Assembly: GCA_965153285.1 (NCBI GenBank)
Contig: OZ229114.1
Source of the DNA: Podarcis tiliguerta
Taxonomy: Eukaryota
Direction: 5' to 3' (one strand)
Length of the DNA stretch: 64,000 nucleotides
The notes below the pieces were generated by a model that had not been told where the DNA came from, did no database searches, and worked only from the letters and a program-made list of their open reading frames with translations. A program made the translations under genes and the position numbers. How positions within the stretch are numbered: position 1 is the first letter of the stretch; the number at the start of each line of letters is the position of its first letter. Positions 51,216 through 64,000 of the stretch are shown in pieces.

Positions 51216-54200
51216 TACTCATGTAATGTTTATCAGGCCTTCTCCTCTTTCGGAAGACATTTTTGCCACAACATTAAGCAACAGGTGGTGTTCTGCAGCA
51301 GTGAATAGGGTCATGACTCCAATGGCCAAGAGGACAGTCCCTGAAGAAGAGTATCGTGGGAGCACATCCTATACACTGCTAATGCCTGCCATTCTCTTTA
51401 TAGGTTTTCAGTTTGAATGGACTTTACGAAATAGTGATGCCCTTACTGCAATGTGGTTTTTGTTGTTGTAGCAAAAGGTGTTTTGACAAACCTTTTATAA
51501 CTTCTTCCATCATGCCTATTGCTGTACTCCACCACCAGTTAAAATAGGATTGCATGTTTTTCTAGAACCTTGTGTAATTTTGTATCATGACATTAAACTA
51601 CAAAGCGATGTATGTAGGGCAAAGCTTTAAAAATGCAATGTATGTAGGGGTTCCTTTAAAAATGCTCCAGAAACTCCAGTTAGTCTGGATGAGGGCAGCA
51701 AGATTGTTAACAGGGCCTGGGTGATTTGCTTACCTACAGTGGATTTCAGTCCAGTGCCAGGTCCAATTCATGGTTAACCATTCATGTCTTAAATACCCAG
51801 ACATGTAAAGTAGGCATGCATTATAATCTGTGATTTTATTTAATAATGTATTGATTTTATTCATGGTTTTTATTTATTTGTAACTTGTTTTTAACCTTGA
51901 TTTTTATTGACATTTTCAATGTATATTTTATATTCTTTGTATACTGCTTTGAGGTTTAGTTTGCAATCAAGTGGTATATAACTTTTATTAAATAAATACA
52001 TGGCTTGGAGCCATACATACTTCCATTTGCATGTACCTACTGGGACCTTGAGATAATATTCCTTCTGCAGCTGTTCCTTAGATCTGAGATTCAGAAGCAG
52101 CTATCCTTTAACATACAGGACACACTCCACCAAATTTTATGATGCAGTTCTGCAACTAAAAAATGAGTACAAAAAAGCATATATTAGGGGAAAGTGAGTA
52201 TCAAAATGTATATAGAAGTGAAAATAACATACAAAAATGCATTTTATTCAGGAAAATGTCTTGCAGAAATGTGCATATTTGGAAATAATGTTCACAGAAA
52301 TGTATACGAATTTTCATTCCTACATGTAAATGTGCGAATGAGGTGAATTGAACTTGTCTGGGGGCAAAAATAGTAATTTGGAAAAATCAAAATTGTCAAA
52401 TTCACCATCTTTACTTCCAAATAAACATGTATAACAGATGGTCTAGCTAACTTGTAGCCCTCCATATGTTGCTGGACTACAGCACCCCCATCCCTGATCC
52501 TTTGGCCGTGCTTGCTGGACCTGATGGGAGTCCAACAACATCTGAGGGGGGTGGGGGTGGCACAAGCTAGCCATACCAGATATACAGGCTTCCCCCCACC
52601 CCCTGACACACATTCTACTATGAGTCCCATAATCCCAGACCATTAGTTGGAGCTGATAGAGTCCAGCAACATCCTGAAGGCCACATGTTCCCCAATTCTG
52701 ATGTATAGCAGCCAAATCCTTTCAAGGAGTTGGGAGAAGGAATGTGAATCAAGGTGCCCACCCATGAATAGACCTTGTTTACCATGGAATTCATCCATTT
52801 TATACTATGATGGAGCTCAACCTTCAGGATAATGAGATCCTATTCAACATTTGTGTGCCTCCTTTGTTGAATAGGGCTTAGCACTACCAGCATCTCAAAT
52901 GGTGCTAACAAACTGTGAGACTCTATCCTCTTGCAATGCAAAATTGCAATGCAAATGTAGTATTATTTCATTACCAGTTTGAAGGCTGGCTCAGTTCAAA
53001 TTCAGTTAAGCTCAGGTGGTGTTGGTGGCAACAGTGATAATGAAACACCATCAGATGGTTATGTTCAGCAGATGGTTGTACTGAGCAGATGGTATCCCAT
53101 CCTACTGTTATTTGAAAACTCAAGGAAGCAGGACCAGATTTGGTTTAAATTGGACATATTGCATTGTTAGCTTCTGTGGTTTGGGATTCTACCAGGAACA
53201 AAATGAAAAAAAAAATTTTTTTTGGGGGGGAGGAATGGGCTTAATGGACATGGAAGATGAAGATGTTTAGCTCCTCACAAGGAGCAGCTAATAGCTTAGA
53301 GGGCCACTTTTTGCACTGCTTAAAGTAATATCCTGCTTCCCTGTCCTCAAGTAAAGAAAAAAGAAAGTGTGTTCAAAACTGTGTATGTTCAGAACATAAA
53401 GCAATCCCATTAGGGAACATTACCATAGAACACAATGGAAACTACATTAGTTAACTGAATAGGGAGGAACCAAACCTATTCACAAACAGCAAGAAAAATA
53501 GCATAGCTAATGAACTATCCTAAGTCAAAGACTCTCTTTCCATTTTCCATTTAAAAGAAAAGCAAGAAACTGCTTGAACTTTAGTTTTCAGAGTGAGAGA
53601 TAATGAGATGGAAGAATTATTGATCATTCCATTTATATGGCCTGAAAGTTATTCTGAAGGGGAAAATATTATGGAGAATCTAATTTAATTGCAGCTGTAA
53701 AGTGTGACTCACCCCAAGCAGATTTTATTGCCATTCCACCAAAAGGGAAACAAAGAAATCAACCCTAATTTTGATAGTGATTACTTCCTCACTAACAAGA
53801 GTGCATAGTTCTTGCGCAAGCAGTTTCTAGTACTACTAGAAGGGTGGTAAGCCAGCCTGGTCCAGGGGACTGAGTTTTGAATGAAAAATGCAATTCATGC
53901 CCCTAATGAATTCTCCTATCTGTCATTTGGACAAACTGACATCTCAGTCACAGTCCCTCATCTGCAGAACTGGAACAGTGATCAATATTAACATAACAAC
54001 AGGGCAGAGATGATGATAAATGGAGTAAGGCTTGCATGACACTTTGCACATACAAAACAGAGAACCCCACATTATGTCAATGGTTTTGATATACACTTTC
54101 ACCATACAGAAATGAACATGCATGTGTTCCATAACACATGTTATTGTTAGATACAAGCATGACAGATATAAGTGGATACGAAGGTAGCACTTCTAATTGC

Positions 54201-54786
54201 AAGAGGAGTCCATGATGGAATCCCCACAAAACTATTTCAGAACAGACAAAATGTAAATTGGGGGGGGGGGGGAGAGACACAACCCACCCCCAACAGCTCA
54301 CTACAGACAAGACATGTAAACATTTCATCAGATTTGTTGCACTGGAAAGCAAATTAAATTTTTACCATTCACTCTCTTTTTGGCATCTGAATTAAAGAAA
54401 ATGTCTGAGTGCTTTGAATCTCTAACCTCATGTTTTTCTCCTTAATAATTTAAGTGTCACTGCTTCCCAAGAGTCAGATCATTGCAACCAGTTTCTAACA
54501 CTATCCTTAGGTCACCTTTTGCATTCTCTCTCTCTGATATGCAACAAAATCTTCCTTATTGCCTAAGGACAATGTTTCAGACAGTTGAATGTTTTCAGGC
54601 ATCTGTGGGGTTGTTGTTGTTTTTCAACCAAGACAGATGGTTTTTAATGAACTCACATAAAATTGTATATGTGTGTGAGGCTTTTGTATTTTAGTGCTGT
54701 TCATTTGGTAGTTTGAAAAGTTTCCTCTAGGGGCAATATCTGGGTTTGGGAAGCTAGCAATGGCAGTGCTGAAACAATGAGGGCCA

Positions 54787-54842
<56 letters not shown>
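54787..54842. repeat. Compound (TG)n(AG)n microsatellite
   Basis: Direct reading. Confidence 0.95.
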
Positions 54843-54845
<3 letters not shown>

Positions 54846-56625
54846 TTGATTTTTATGGGAGGGTGAATGTGGTCCATTGTATATTGGAGTAAGTGATTGT
54901 AGACTTCCATTGATAGTTCTCCATGACGTGCTAACAGGATTGTACTCAACACCATCCTCAACTTTTACCATACTCACTAAACATGGCATCAGAAATGTCA
55001 TTTACATTGTGGCATCAGAAGCACTTATCTACATAAAGTTCCTAGATAATTGAAAATGAGAGGTTGTGCTGAACTGATTTATATAGCTAAACGTATAAGC
55101 CATTTCCGTTTTTTAAAAATCTACATGGTATACAATAATACATGGTTATAATCAGGAAAAGTAATAATAATAATAATAATAATACCCTGCCCATCTGACA
55201 AGATTGCCTCAGCCACTTTGGGTGGCTTCCAATAAATAAGCGCATACATCTAGTTATGTAAATATGCAAATATGCATAACTAAAGCAAGGGGGTTGATTA
55301 CTGTAAATGGCCACAAGTTCCAGAGCATGGGCTAAGACATTAAAGTGTCCAGACTGTGTCCCTGCTTATTCAGAGAGAGTGCAAATGTAAAATCCAGTGG
55401 ATAGTTAAGTTCAAACAAGCACATTAATATGATCAGCACAGATCAAGTCATCTTGTATCAGAATCTGCAAAACTCCAATTCCTCAAAAATCCCAACTCCA
55501 ACCTTGTGATTCAAATAGAGTAGGACAAGCCCAGTGTTCTATACTGATGGCAGCCTTTTGAGACCCAGAGCCCTTCAGATGTTCTGGATAATTTCTCTCA
55601 GCCTCAGCCAAAGCATCTGGAGGGTGTGAGGTTGGCAAAGGCTGATCTAGGGGATGGTATATACTTGTACATATTTAACAACTTAGTTTCGGATGTTGTG
55701 TACTTTCAGCCATTCCAGAGAAAACCTACTAGGGCGCCTATGGCAGTAATAGAGAACTCAGAACTGATTATCAAGAGTTTATAATATATCCAGCATGAAA
55801 GTGGCAACTGTGAGACATGGTATTGTCCAGAAGGTAAGACAATTTGGAAACATGCCAGTATGCCCCAGATATCTTCACAGCAGGATTCAGTTATAATTTT
55901 ATGAGACTGACTATGAAGCTGTGGAATGTACTGAAATAAGTTCTACATTACAAAATCAGTTTGAATTGAGATACCACAATTCCATTATTCACACTTCTTT
56001 TCCTTAACCTTCATTTGAAGGGCTTGAATATATCTTACTTTCACAAGTCGCTATGATTCCTAAAATGGTGGGTTGGGCTGTTTGTTACATTTGCAATGGT
56101 CAGAATGATGAGATCTTATATAAATCCAATGAACTGAAGGACTCTGGTACATTTTGATAAATGATATGTGAGAGAATTTTTGCAGCTGGGAACTGATTTT
56201 CACCTTTTGCAAAAAACAGCAATTCTGCAGGATGTTATTGGTGATGTAATAAGTCATGAGCCAATACTCTGATGGCAACATTCTTGGGCTACCTTAGTTG
56301 AATAGACCTAAATGACACAAACATTCTACTCTATCCAATTCTTTGTTTTGTGACTTGAACACATTTCTGCTTCTTAAAAACCTGCACCATTTGTTCTTTC
56401 GATAAAGGAATTTCATATAATTGTCTCTTTTTCTTGCAATTTAAGAATGTCAGTTTAAGAACCAGGGCTTTTGTTACCAGCTCTTAAATTATCTGAAATG
56501 CTTTTCAATTGGATTAAGTTTGAGCTTTCAAACAATCCAATTTTCAATAGCATCTTTTAGAATTTAAGCATTGCTCACTTGCGAGAAAAATATCAGATTG
56601 TCAAAATACTAGCTTCCTGCGTTTC

Positions 56626-56995
56626 GCATAAAGCTTGTCATCAGCATATTGGTGACACCGAACCCCAAAATTCTGGATGACCCCTCCCATAGGTTTCATG
56701 TAACCCCGCAGGCCAATGGCTAATGCATTAAACAGGAGTCCCCTAGGACCACCTACTGGGTTCACCACTTCAAGAAGGAACAGAGTCACTGGAAAACAGT
56801 GCCTTCAAATCCCATCCCAGCAAGGCCACCCAAAAGGATGTCATGGTCAGTTGTATCAAAAGCCACTGAGGGGTCCAGCAGAACCAACAGGCATACACTC
56901 TCCCTGTCCAGTTCCTGGCATAAGGCATCCACCAAGGTGGTCAAAGCCATCACTGTCACATAACCTGACTGAAATGGATCTAGATAATATTAGGA
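56626..56995 (-). mobile_element. L2 LINE reverse-transcriptase fragment
   Basis: LLDP.VAFDT.DHDILL..LAGMG..G and YMKPMGGVIQNFGVRCHQYADD motifs; frameshifted. Confidence 0.85.
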
Positions 56996-57570
56996 ATAAG
57001 AACAATAGCACTCTTCTGCTTGTGATTCCCAGCAAATGGTAGTCAGAGGCATATTGCCTCTGATATAGCCATTATTGCTAACAGGCATTTATAGCTATTT
57101 CTGCCATGAATTTATCTAAACCCATCACTACATCCAGAACAAAATGTGGAGGGTCAAATTTCTCTTCCTTACTCAACAGGCTTCAACAGAATATTATGTT
57201 CTTCTTGCAGAGATGCTGATGACACAGCAAGGCAAAAATGAGCAATGCATTGTCTTTTTATCTTTCTTTTTTTCTTTCTGACATCTAGAATGACATCTAG
57301 CAAATTTGCCTGAGGGCAGTTCCACACCATACATTTTGAGCACATGACTTCTTCTTCCGTCCTTGGACATACCAACTGTGAAAGAGGTACACTGCAAAGT
57401 TAGCATTTTTAAGCCACAATGATTTTAAGAGGAGCCTAAAATTCACATTGACATCAAGACTTAAAAGTGCTTGAATTTGCAACATGGTATCCCAAATTTG
57501 TAGGGCACTCTGCATTATTGCATTTTTAAATATACTTTTTCTTGCTTTTTTTTTTTTTTTTTTTTTGCAG

Positions 57571-57616
57571 GTGAATGAGAAGCAAAGCAGCATTCTTCCG
57601 AGCAATCAACCCAAAT
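57571..57616 (+). other. Candidate 46-nt exon (VNEKQSSILPSNQPK)
   Basis: T21-gcag acceptor and gtaagc donor; only one frame is open; peptide not recognised. Confidence 0.22.
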
Positions 57617-57999
57617 GTAAGCAGCACCCGTGAAAACAGTATCCCTCAATTATCTACATCAGAATACAGCTGTTAGATTTTTATGACTTAAGAAGGTGAC
57701 AAATCTAAAAGGACAATAGTGATAATATCCATGGCACAGTGACTTATTTTCTAAGAGTGTATAAGTTATGTTAGCTGTTCCAGAAGGCAGCAGCCACAAG
57801 AATAGGTCATAAATCCCCTCCATGAATGAATAAAATATGGCATGCATTGTGAATGCATGTATGGATGGATGAATAAAAGATGACTCAAGTCGTGTGCAGA
57901 TGACTGAAATGTGGAGATATCCTGGGAGTGTGAGGTTACTCCTTTTATTCCATTTTGACCCTCCATACATTGAGTTGGTTCCTATACACAGATAAACTG

Positions 58000-58165
58000 T
58001 AGAAATAGCCACCAGTATAAATAGCTATAAATGGGGATTAGACAAATTCATGGAAATTAAAGCCTATCAGTGGGTACTAGTCATGATACTACCTCCAATA
58101 ACAGAGGCAACATGCCTCTAAAAAGTACCAGTTGCTGAGAAACATGAGCAAGAGGGTTCTTGTGG
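58000..58165 (+). mobile_element. CR1 LINE 3' fragment
   Basis: ggattagacaaattcatgga..cctatcagtgg.tactag..accagttgctg; reverse-orientation relatives near 35.4, 44.8 and 57.0 kb. Confidence 0.75.
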
Positions 58166-58756
58166 GCCAGTAGGCACAATCCTACTCTACCCTCCACACT
58201 CATTGTCCCCAATTTTGGTCCTCTGAGCATGGAGCTACTGATTGCCTCACTATATAAAACAAGAGCAACTACCGTAATACTAATAGCATTTACAAACTGT
58301 AAAGCAGAAACGTCATTCATGTCACTCAGCTTCAGTGGGGGAAAGGCCATTAATGATATAGCATGGTGAAATCTGACAACTGCCCTTTCAGGCTGCCCTT
58401 TTAGGTAAACGTATGTTCAAGCATTAAAGCTATAGCACGTCAACATTTCAGATGTCAGATAGGCTGTTGTATTGAGGTAAGGTAAGTTTTCCATCCTCTC
58501 TTCACTTAATAAAAGTTGGGAAATAGCATCTGACAGAGGCCAAGCCTTCTGTTATGCTTTTAAATGAGGTCACCAGGTCTCTGATTCTACAGTCTGATGT
58601 ATTTGGGTGTTTACAGCTAGGGAAAATCCCCACCAAATAGCTGTTCATTGCATGCAGGCATCTCAAAGGGGACTTGAAGGTCCAAGTGAAACTACACATA
58701 TAGAAGGAAGATTCAAACTGAGATAGAAAAATGTTCTCAATTCCAAAAACAACTTA

Positions 58757-59027
58757 GGCTCCATCTGCATTATACATTTAAAGCAGTATTGTGTTACTTG
58801 AAACTGTCATGGCTTCCTCCAAAGAATCATAGGAAGTGTAGTTTGTGAAGGGTGCTAAGAGTTGCTAGGAGACCCTTGGTCCCCTTACAGAGCTACAGTT
58901 CCTAGAGTTCCCTGAAAAGAGGGGTTGATTGTTAAGCTGCTGTGAGAAATGTGAGAATTCACTGGGAAAAGCCACAGATGTTTAAAGTGGCATGATACTG
59001 TTTCAAATGTATAGTGCAGATGGGGTC
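58757..59027. mobile_element. PIF/Harbinger-like palindromic MITE
   Basis: Long TIRs ggctccatctgcattatacatttaaagcagtat / atactgtttcaaatgtatagtgcagatggggtc; 3-bp flanks tta/ttc. Confidence 0.8.
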
Positions 59028-59224
59028 TTCCGACAATGATGAGAAAGGATGTAAATTTGTTTCACATTATTTAATCTTTCCTTCTCATTTGGGAAGCATG
59101 GCAGTATGGGACCTGCAGTTTGGGCACAAACAAGATGGGAAGGAAAGAATGTGTGGAAAATAGATGCACGTTACTGGGATCTAGAGGCCTGTGCAGGGGT
59201 GGAAAGCTATTATAATGTGGGGTA

Positions 59225-59576
59225 AAGGTAAAGGGACCCCTGACCATTAGGTCCAGTCGTGACCGACTCTGGGGTTGCGGCGCTCTTCTCGCTTTATTGG
59301 CCGAGGGAGCCGACATACAGCTTCCGGGTCATGTGGCCAGCATGACTAAGCCGCTTCTGGTGAACCAGAGCAGCGCACGGAAATGCCTTTTACCTTCCCA
59401 ATGGAGCGGTACCTATTTATCTACTTGCACTTTGATGTGCTTTCAAACTGCTAGGTTGGAAGGAGCAGGGACCAAGCAACGGAAGCTCACCCCGTCGCAG
59501 GGATTTGAACTGCCAACCTTCTGATCGGCAAGTCCTAAGCTCTGTGGTTTAACCCACAGCACCACCCGCGTCCCAC
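59225..59576 (-). mobile_element. Sauria SINE (Squam1), full length
   Basis: Reverse-complement homolog of 33114-33468; (AAAGGT)n tail; 13-bp TSD ataatgtggggta. Confidence 0.96.
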
Positions 59577-60065
59577 ATAATGTGGGGTAGGGAAGCAAAA
59601 TTCTTTAACATGCTTGAGGATATGTATACAAAATTATTGCCATGTACATCTGTATGGTTTTATGTAGTTTCTAGATGTTACACTCTCTTGGGTCTTGTAA
59701 GAGCTGCTGGATCCTCAGTGAAATAGTGTACAGAACAAGCAGCAGTTTGACAAATGAGCTGCTACCCGTGTCTTGCTCTAGGCTGCCATACGTCTGGGGG
59801 AATTTCTGAAAGGTGGCACTTTGTCCTGGATCTTAGGCAGGTCAATCAAAAAACCGTGGTGTTGCTTTTTTGCCTTTTTGTAAAAAGAAGCTCAACAACT
59901 TTCGGGGTGTCCTGGTTTTTACTTTTTGAAATATGACAACCCGACATGCATACAGAATGGTGAGATAGGCACAAACTGTCACAGTGAGAGCAACTTAGTG
60001 ACACAGAGGGAATGCAAGTATTGAGGAAACTGAATCATGAAGTGACTCTGCAGAAATAGCAGAGC

Positions 60066-60067
<2 letters not shown>

Positions 60068-60117
<50 letters not shown>
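60068..60117. repeat. Compound (AC)n(AG)n microsatellite
   Basis: Direct reading. Confidence 0.95.
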
Positions 60118-60120
<3 letters not shown>

Positions 60121-61269
60121 ATGGAGAATGAGAAGTTTGCAGTAGTTTATGGAATATGAATCCTGTATACTATTAATAGGAAACTCATTCTCTGCGCTCC
60201 TCTCTTTGTTTACCCAAGATGGCACCATCTGTGCATAAGCAGGCCTGGGGGCAATCCCAAGGCTTGCAGAAGTACAGAAGGATACACTAAAACAAGGGGA
60301 AACCTGAAAAAGCCAAAGAAGACTAGAATATGGGCTAACTGAATGGAAAGGGATTGTGGCAGAGGAGAAGCAATGGAATAAGGTATCCTGGGTCATTTCT
60401 TGCACATTCATCTGATTTGTTATATGATGTTTGCTCTTTATTGAGCATTTGTTTATCATTTGATTATCTCTCCTTTTTTATCATCATTTTACAGCAGTGC
60501 TACAAAATCAAAGTCAACAAAAACAAACAACTACAACTGTCAGTTCTGGAGATTTTCCAGTTTGCAATTGAATCACTCCTGCAAAATAGTGACAGTTTGG
60601 AAGAGCTCATTGGCATGACTGGCTGGAACCTTGACCAGGAGCACTGCAACATTTTGTTGCAAACCCCACTATTTTGTTCCAAATTGTTTTGATCCTCATC
60701 AACCTGCTAAATTTAGAAAGTAGAAACAATGCTTTTCTCTGCTCTCCATTTACTTAGTACCTTCATTTTTTCTGAATGTTCAACCAATACTTTATTGAGT
60801 TGCCTTTCTCCTTATGTAACAAAAACACAATCTTATACAAAGCCTTGACAAAAAAGAAAATCCCCAACACTGCTATTTTCCTCCCCCAGGTGATTCATTT
60901 AAACCACCAACTAATAGTGCTTAATGAAATGTTATGCCTGAGATATTGTGGAAATCAATAGTATCATTCAGGCCACTCAACCTTTGGCAGTATTCCTGAC
61001 AAGTTAAATTTGTGCAGTGAATACACAAAGCTGTATTCTGTGACTGGTGGAGATATCCATTACCATATTATATCAAGTGTACACTGGTTTGTGCATTCCA
61101 CTAATGAAGAGAGAAGACACAACTGCACACCAGTTCCATGTTCCCTTAGGGCCATATTTATATCATAATAATAACCTAGCAATAATGACTGAAATAATTA
61201 CAAAGCAAGCAGAATTTTAAAATGTGCCTTTGCAATCCAGACATCCGCCAGCTGGGAAACAAAGAAATG

Positions 61270-61271
<2 letters not shown>

Positions 61272-61307
<36 letters not shown>
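61272..61307. repeat. (GA)n microsatellite
   Basis: Direct reading. Confidence 0.95.
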
Positions 61308-61310
<3 letters not shown>

Positions 61311-61535
61311 CTAAATAAGCATGTATAAACCTGAACCAAAAACCAAACAAATGATGGGGGGGGGGGCTTACTTTCATAGCCTCTGTGATTCATGAAATAT
61401 TCTTCCCCTCTTCCAGCAGCTTCTTTCTTAACTTACTGAATAGAATTCCTCCTCACAGCTGAGTTGTTGCCACTTACCAAGGCAGAGCGGTGGTGAGGTT
61501 AGGGCTTTGTGGACACACCGGCAGAGCCTATATAG

Positions 61536-61765
61536 CATGGATAGGCAAACTGAGGACCAGGAGCCGGAGCTGGCCCTATCGTCTTCTAAATCCAGCCCGC
61601 AGACGGTCCGGGAATCAGCATGTTTTTACACGAATAGAATGTGTCCTTTTATTTAAAATGCATCTCTGGGTTATTTGTGGGGCATAGGAATTTGTTCATT
61701 CCCCCACACACAAGGTCTGAGGGACAGTGGACCAGCCCCCTGCTGAAAAGGTTTGCTGACCCCTG
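61536..61765 (+). mobile_element. hAT (Charlie-like) MITE
   Basis: TIRs catggataggcaaac / gtttgctgacccctg; TSD ctatatag / ctatatat. Confidence 0.9.
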
Positions 61766-62381
61766 CTATATATTGTTTCTGCCATGCTGTCATGCAGCTC
61801 CAACCTTTCCACTGCTACCACCCTGCCCTTTTAAATGGGACATATTGGGGGGGGGGGAGAGATGCAATATTGTTTAAAGGCAAATATGCTTAGTTTGTCC
61901 ATTCCAATATAATATGGGAACGAGAACACAGCCGTCCTCCAAATTTTCGCCTTTAAAATTTTGCAATGCAAATCTCCAGCCAAGTAATACATACAGAACT
62001 GTGCATGCTCGGGGAAGGTGTGAATGAAAATGCATTATACTAGTGAGCCTCTGAGTGTCCAATTTTTCTTCTGTAACCTAAAGAAGTAGGATTCCAAGGT
62101 CATCTGCTCAGCACTATATTTGTGCAATTATATTTACTCATGCAAATAAAACTACACATGGCATTGGGCGGTGGGGGGGGGGGAGCCTATAAAATCCATA
62201 AAGGCCCATCTGTAATGCTTAGCCTCCTGTAATGTCAGATAATTTTGTAATCGATTTTAGGACTCCCAGGCTTTAAAAAGGGAAAGTTTTGTTTCTCCTC
62301 AATGAACCTATTAATATTCAATATTGATTTTGCAGTAACATCTTACTTTAAAAATTATGGGCGGAACAACCAAAAAATCGG

Positions 62382-63172
62382 TGTAAGACTGATGGTGTCA
62401 TGGCCCTAGGAAGAAACTGCCTTTCTTCAGGAGATGAGGCTGAGGATTTGGAATGTGAGACAGAATTGCCCTCAGGCCAGATATGCATAACCAATCAGAA
62501 GTACTTTCATAAGAGAAGCCCATGATGTCAATGCCTGAGGACATTACACTGTCCTCCTCTGATTCAGAAGACTCCAGCTCAAGAGGTCTGATAGAACCAA
62601 AGTCTTTCCTGCTCCACTAGCATCAATATGAAGGCTTTATGTGAAGGCTCCCCTCTCACTGAAGGTATAGACAGAGCTGCTGCTTCTACTTAGGGCACAG
62701 TCTGAAGATGGCTGCTGCTGAAACAAATCCTGAGCCCTGTTCTCAGGGAGTCTTTAGCACAAACCTTTCCCTGAGCTGTCCATGGTACTATGGAAGCCTT
62801 GCCTTTGTACCGCCAAGGCCATGGCTCAAAACAGAAGAGGCTGAGGGTCCATTGGAAACACTGCAAGTGCTGCTCCTTCAAGAGCAGGGGTAGGCAACCT
62901 AAGGCCCGGGGGCCAGATGTGGCCCAATTGCTTTCTCAATTCGGTCCTCAGATGGTCCGGGAATCAGCGTGTTTTTACATGAGTTGAATGTGTCCTTTTA
63001 TTCAAAATGCATCTCTGGGTTATTTGTGGGGCATAGGAATTCGTTCATTTCCCCCCAAAAATATAGTCCGGGCCCTACATGGTCTGTGGAATGGTGGACC
63101 AGCCCAAGGCTGAAGAAGGTTGCTGACCCCTGATCAAGAGAGAGGAGCTTGGTTTGTGTGCTGATGTTTACA
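62382..63172 (+). mobile_element. Solo LTR carrying a nested hAT MITE
   Basis: TGTAAG...TTTACA inverted termini; 5-bp flanks atcgg / actgg, both one C>T change from accgg. Confidence 0.6.
62885..63132 (+). mobile_element. hAT (Charlie-like) MITE, nested
   Basis: TIRs caggggtaggcaacct / aggttgctgacccctg; TSD ttcaagag / atcaagag. Confidence 0.92.
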
Positions 63173-64000
63173 ACTGGTAAGCTGGTGGAAAGTCGTGCCA
63201 GAGTAGATTAGAACACCACTTAGAAATTCCTGTGAATAAGTAGTATATAAAGATTTCAAAGAAATAATGGATGTATGAGTGGTGTCTCACCAGCAGTAGG
63301 ACCTGAAACAGGCCATTCTGTGGGTGTGTTGTGGGCAGGGCAGGGCTCAGCCTTGAATCCACAGGACCCAAAGCTGCCTCATTTCCCTGCCATAAACATA
63401 AATAAGGCCTAAAAACTGTATTAGCCCTGGAGCTGACACAGTTCGTTTTCCTCCCACTGTGGTAAGTGGGAGGGAAATGGGGTGGGCTGGAAAAGAAGTA
63501 GAAAAACTCCCCTTCTAGGCAACAATCTGTCACACTGACTGTAGGGAGCTGGCAAGGCTTTGTAAGTGGCAGAACAAATGCCATGGTAACTTTGCTCAAT
63601 GCCCCTCCCCCCCCATTGAAATGAGACTTGGTGTGCTCAAGAATTTTAAGCTGCAGTATTAGAAAAGTTGTTTTCTTGTTTTTAAGGGACTGCAATGGGT
63701 AATTTCACCTTAACATTTTATTTTACTTTATTGCATTGGGTGGCATACTTAGAAATTGCTTTGGCCTGTAAAACACTTTGGAACTATGTTTTCTTCCAGT
63801 CATTACAATCTTATCTTAGAAACCTGTTTATGATTATTATTTTTCTAAAAAAACCGAAGAGAGAAAGAAACAATTGTGCCCTACAATGAGGTAAAATAAG
63901 CACACAGTCATGTTTTTAGTGAATGTAATTAAAACAAAGATGTTTATGACAGAAGCCATTAATAGCCAATTTATAGATTCTCAAAGGAAACTAACTCTTC

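Noticed and set aside
560-63889. The listed 60-180 aa ORFs as host genes (e.g. 13040-13579, 9807-10238, 21275-21727, 59995-60459, 63168-63695)
   Set aside because: No recognisable domains; many overlap repeats or microsatellites or run antisense to LINE remnants; lengths are compatible with chance.

Overview
Vertebrate genomic DNA: AT-rich, CpG-depleted and repeat-dense. Two full-length Sauria SINEs place it in a squamate reptile; the MITE and L2 families look like those of lacertid lizards (inference). None of the listed ORFs resembles a host protein. The only recognisable peptides are decayed retroelement ORF2 pieces (RTE, L2, possibly L1), so the window is most likely a large intron or intergenic region. 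It holds many non-autonomous DNA transposons (hAT with 8-bp TSDs, Tc1/mariner with TA TSDs, Harbinger-like), several solo LTRs, a CpG-rich insertion with no clear TSD that resembles a DIRS/Ngaro terminal repeat, and repeated nested insertions. The best non-repeat signals are a cluster of RFX X-box motifs (~51.0-51.2 kb), a period-7 array of nuclear-receptor half-sites (~28.06 kb), an NF-Y/ETS/octamer cluster (~16 kb) and a few candidate small exons, including an 18-nt minus-strand microexon with SRRM4-type architecture. I could not identify a host gene and found no firm evidence of a wholly new system.
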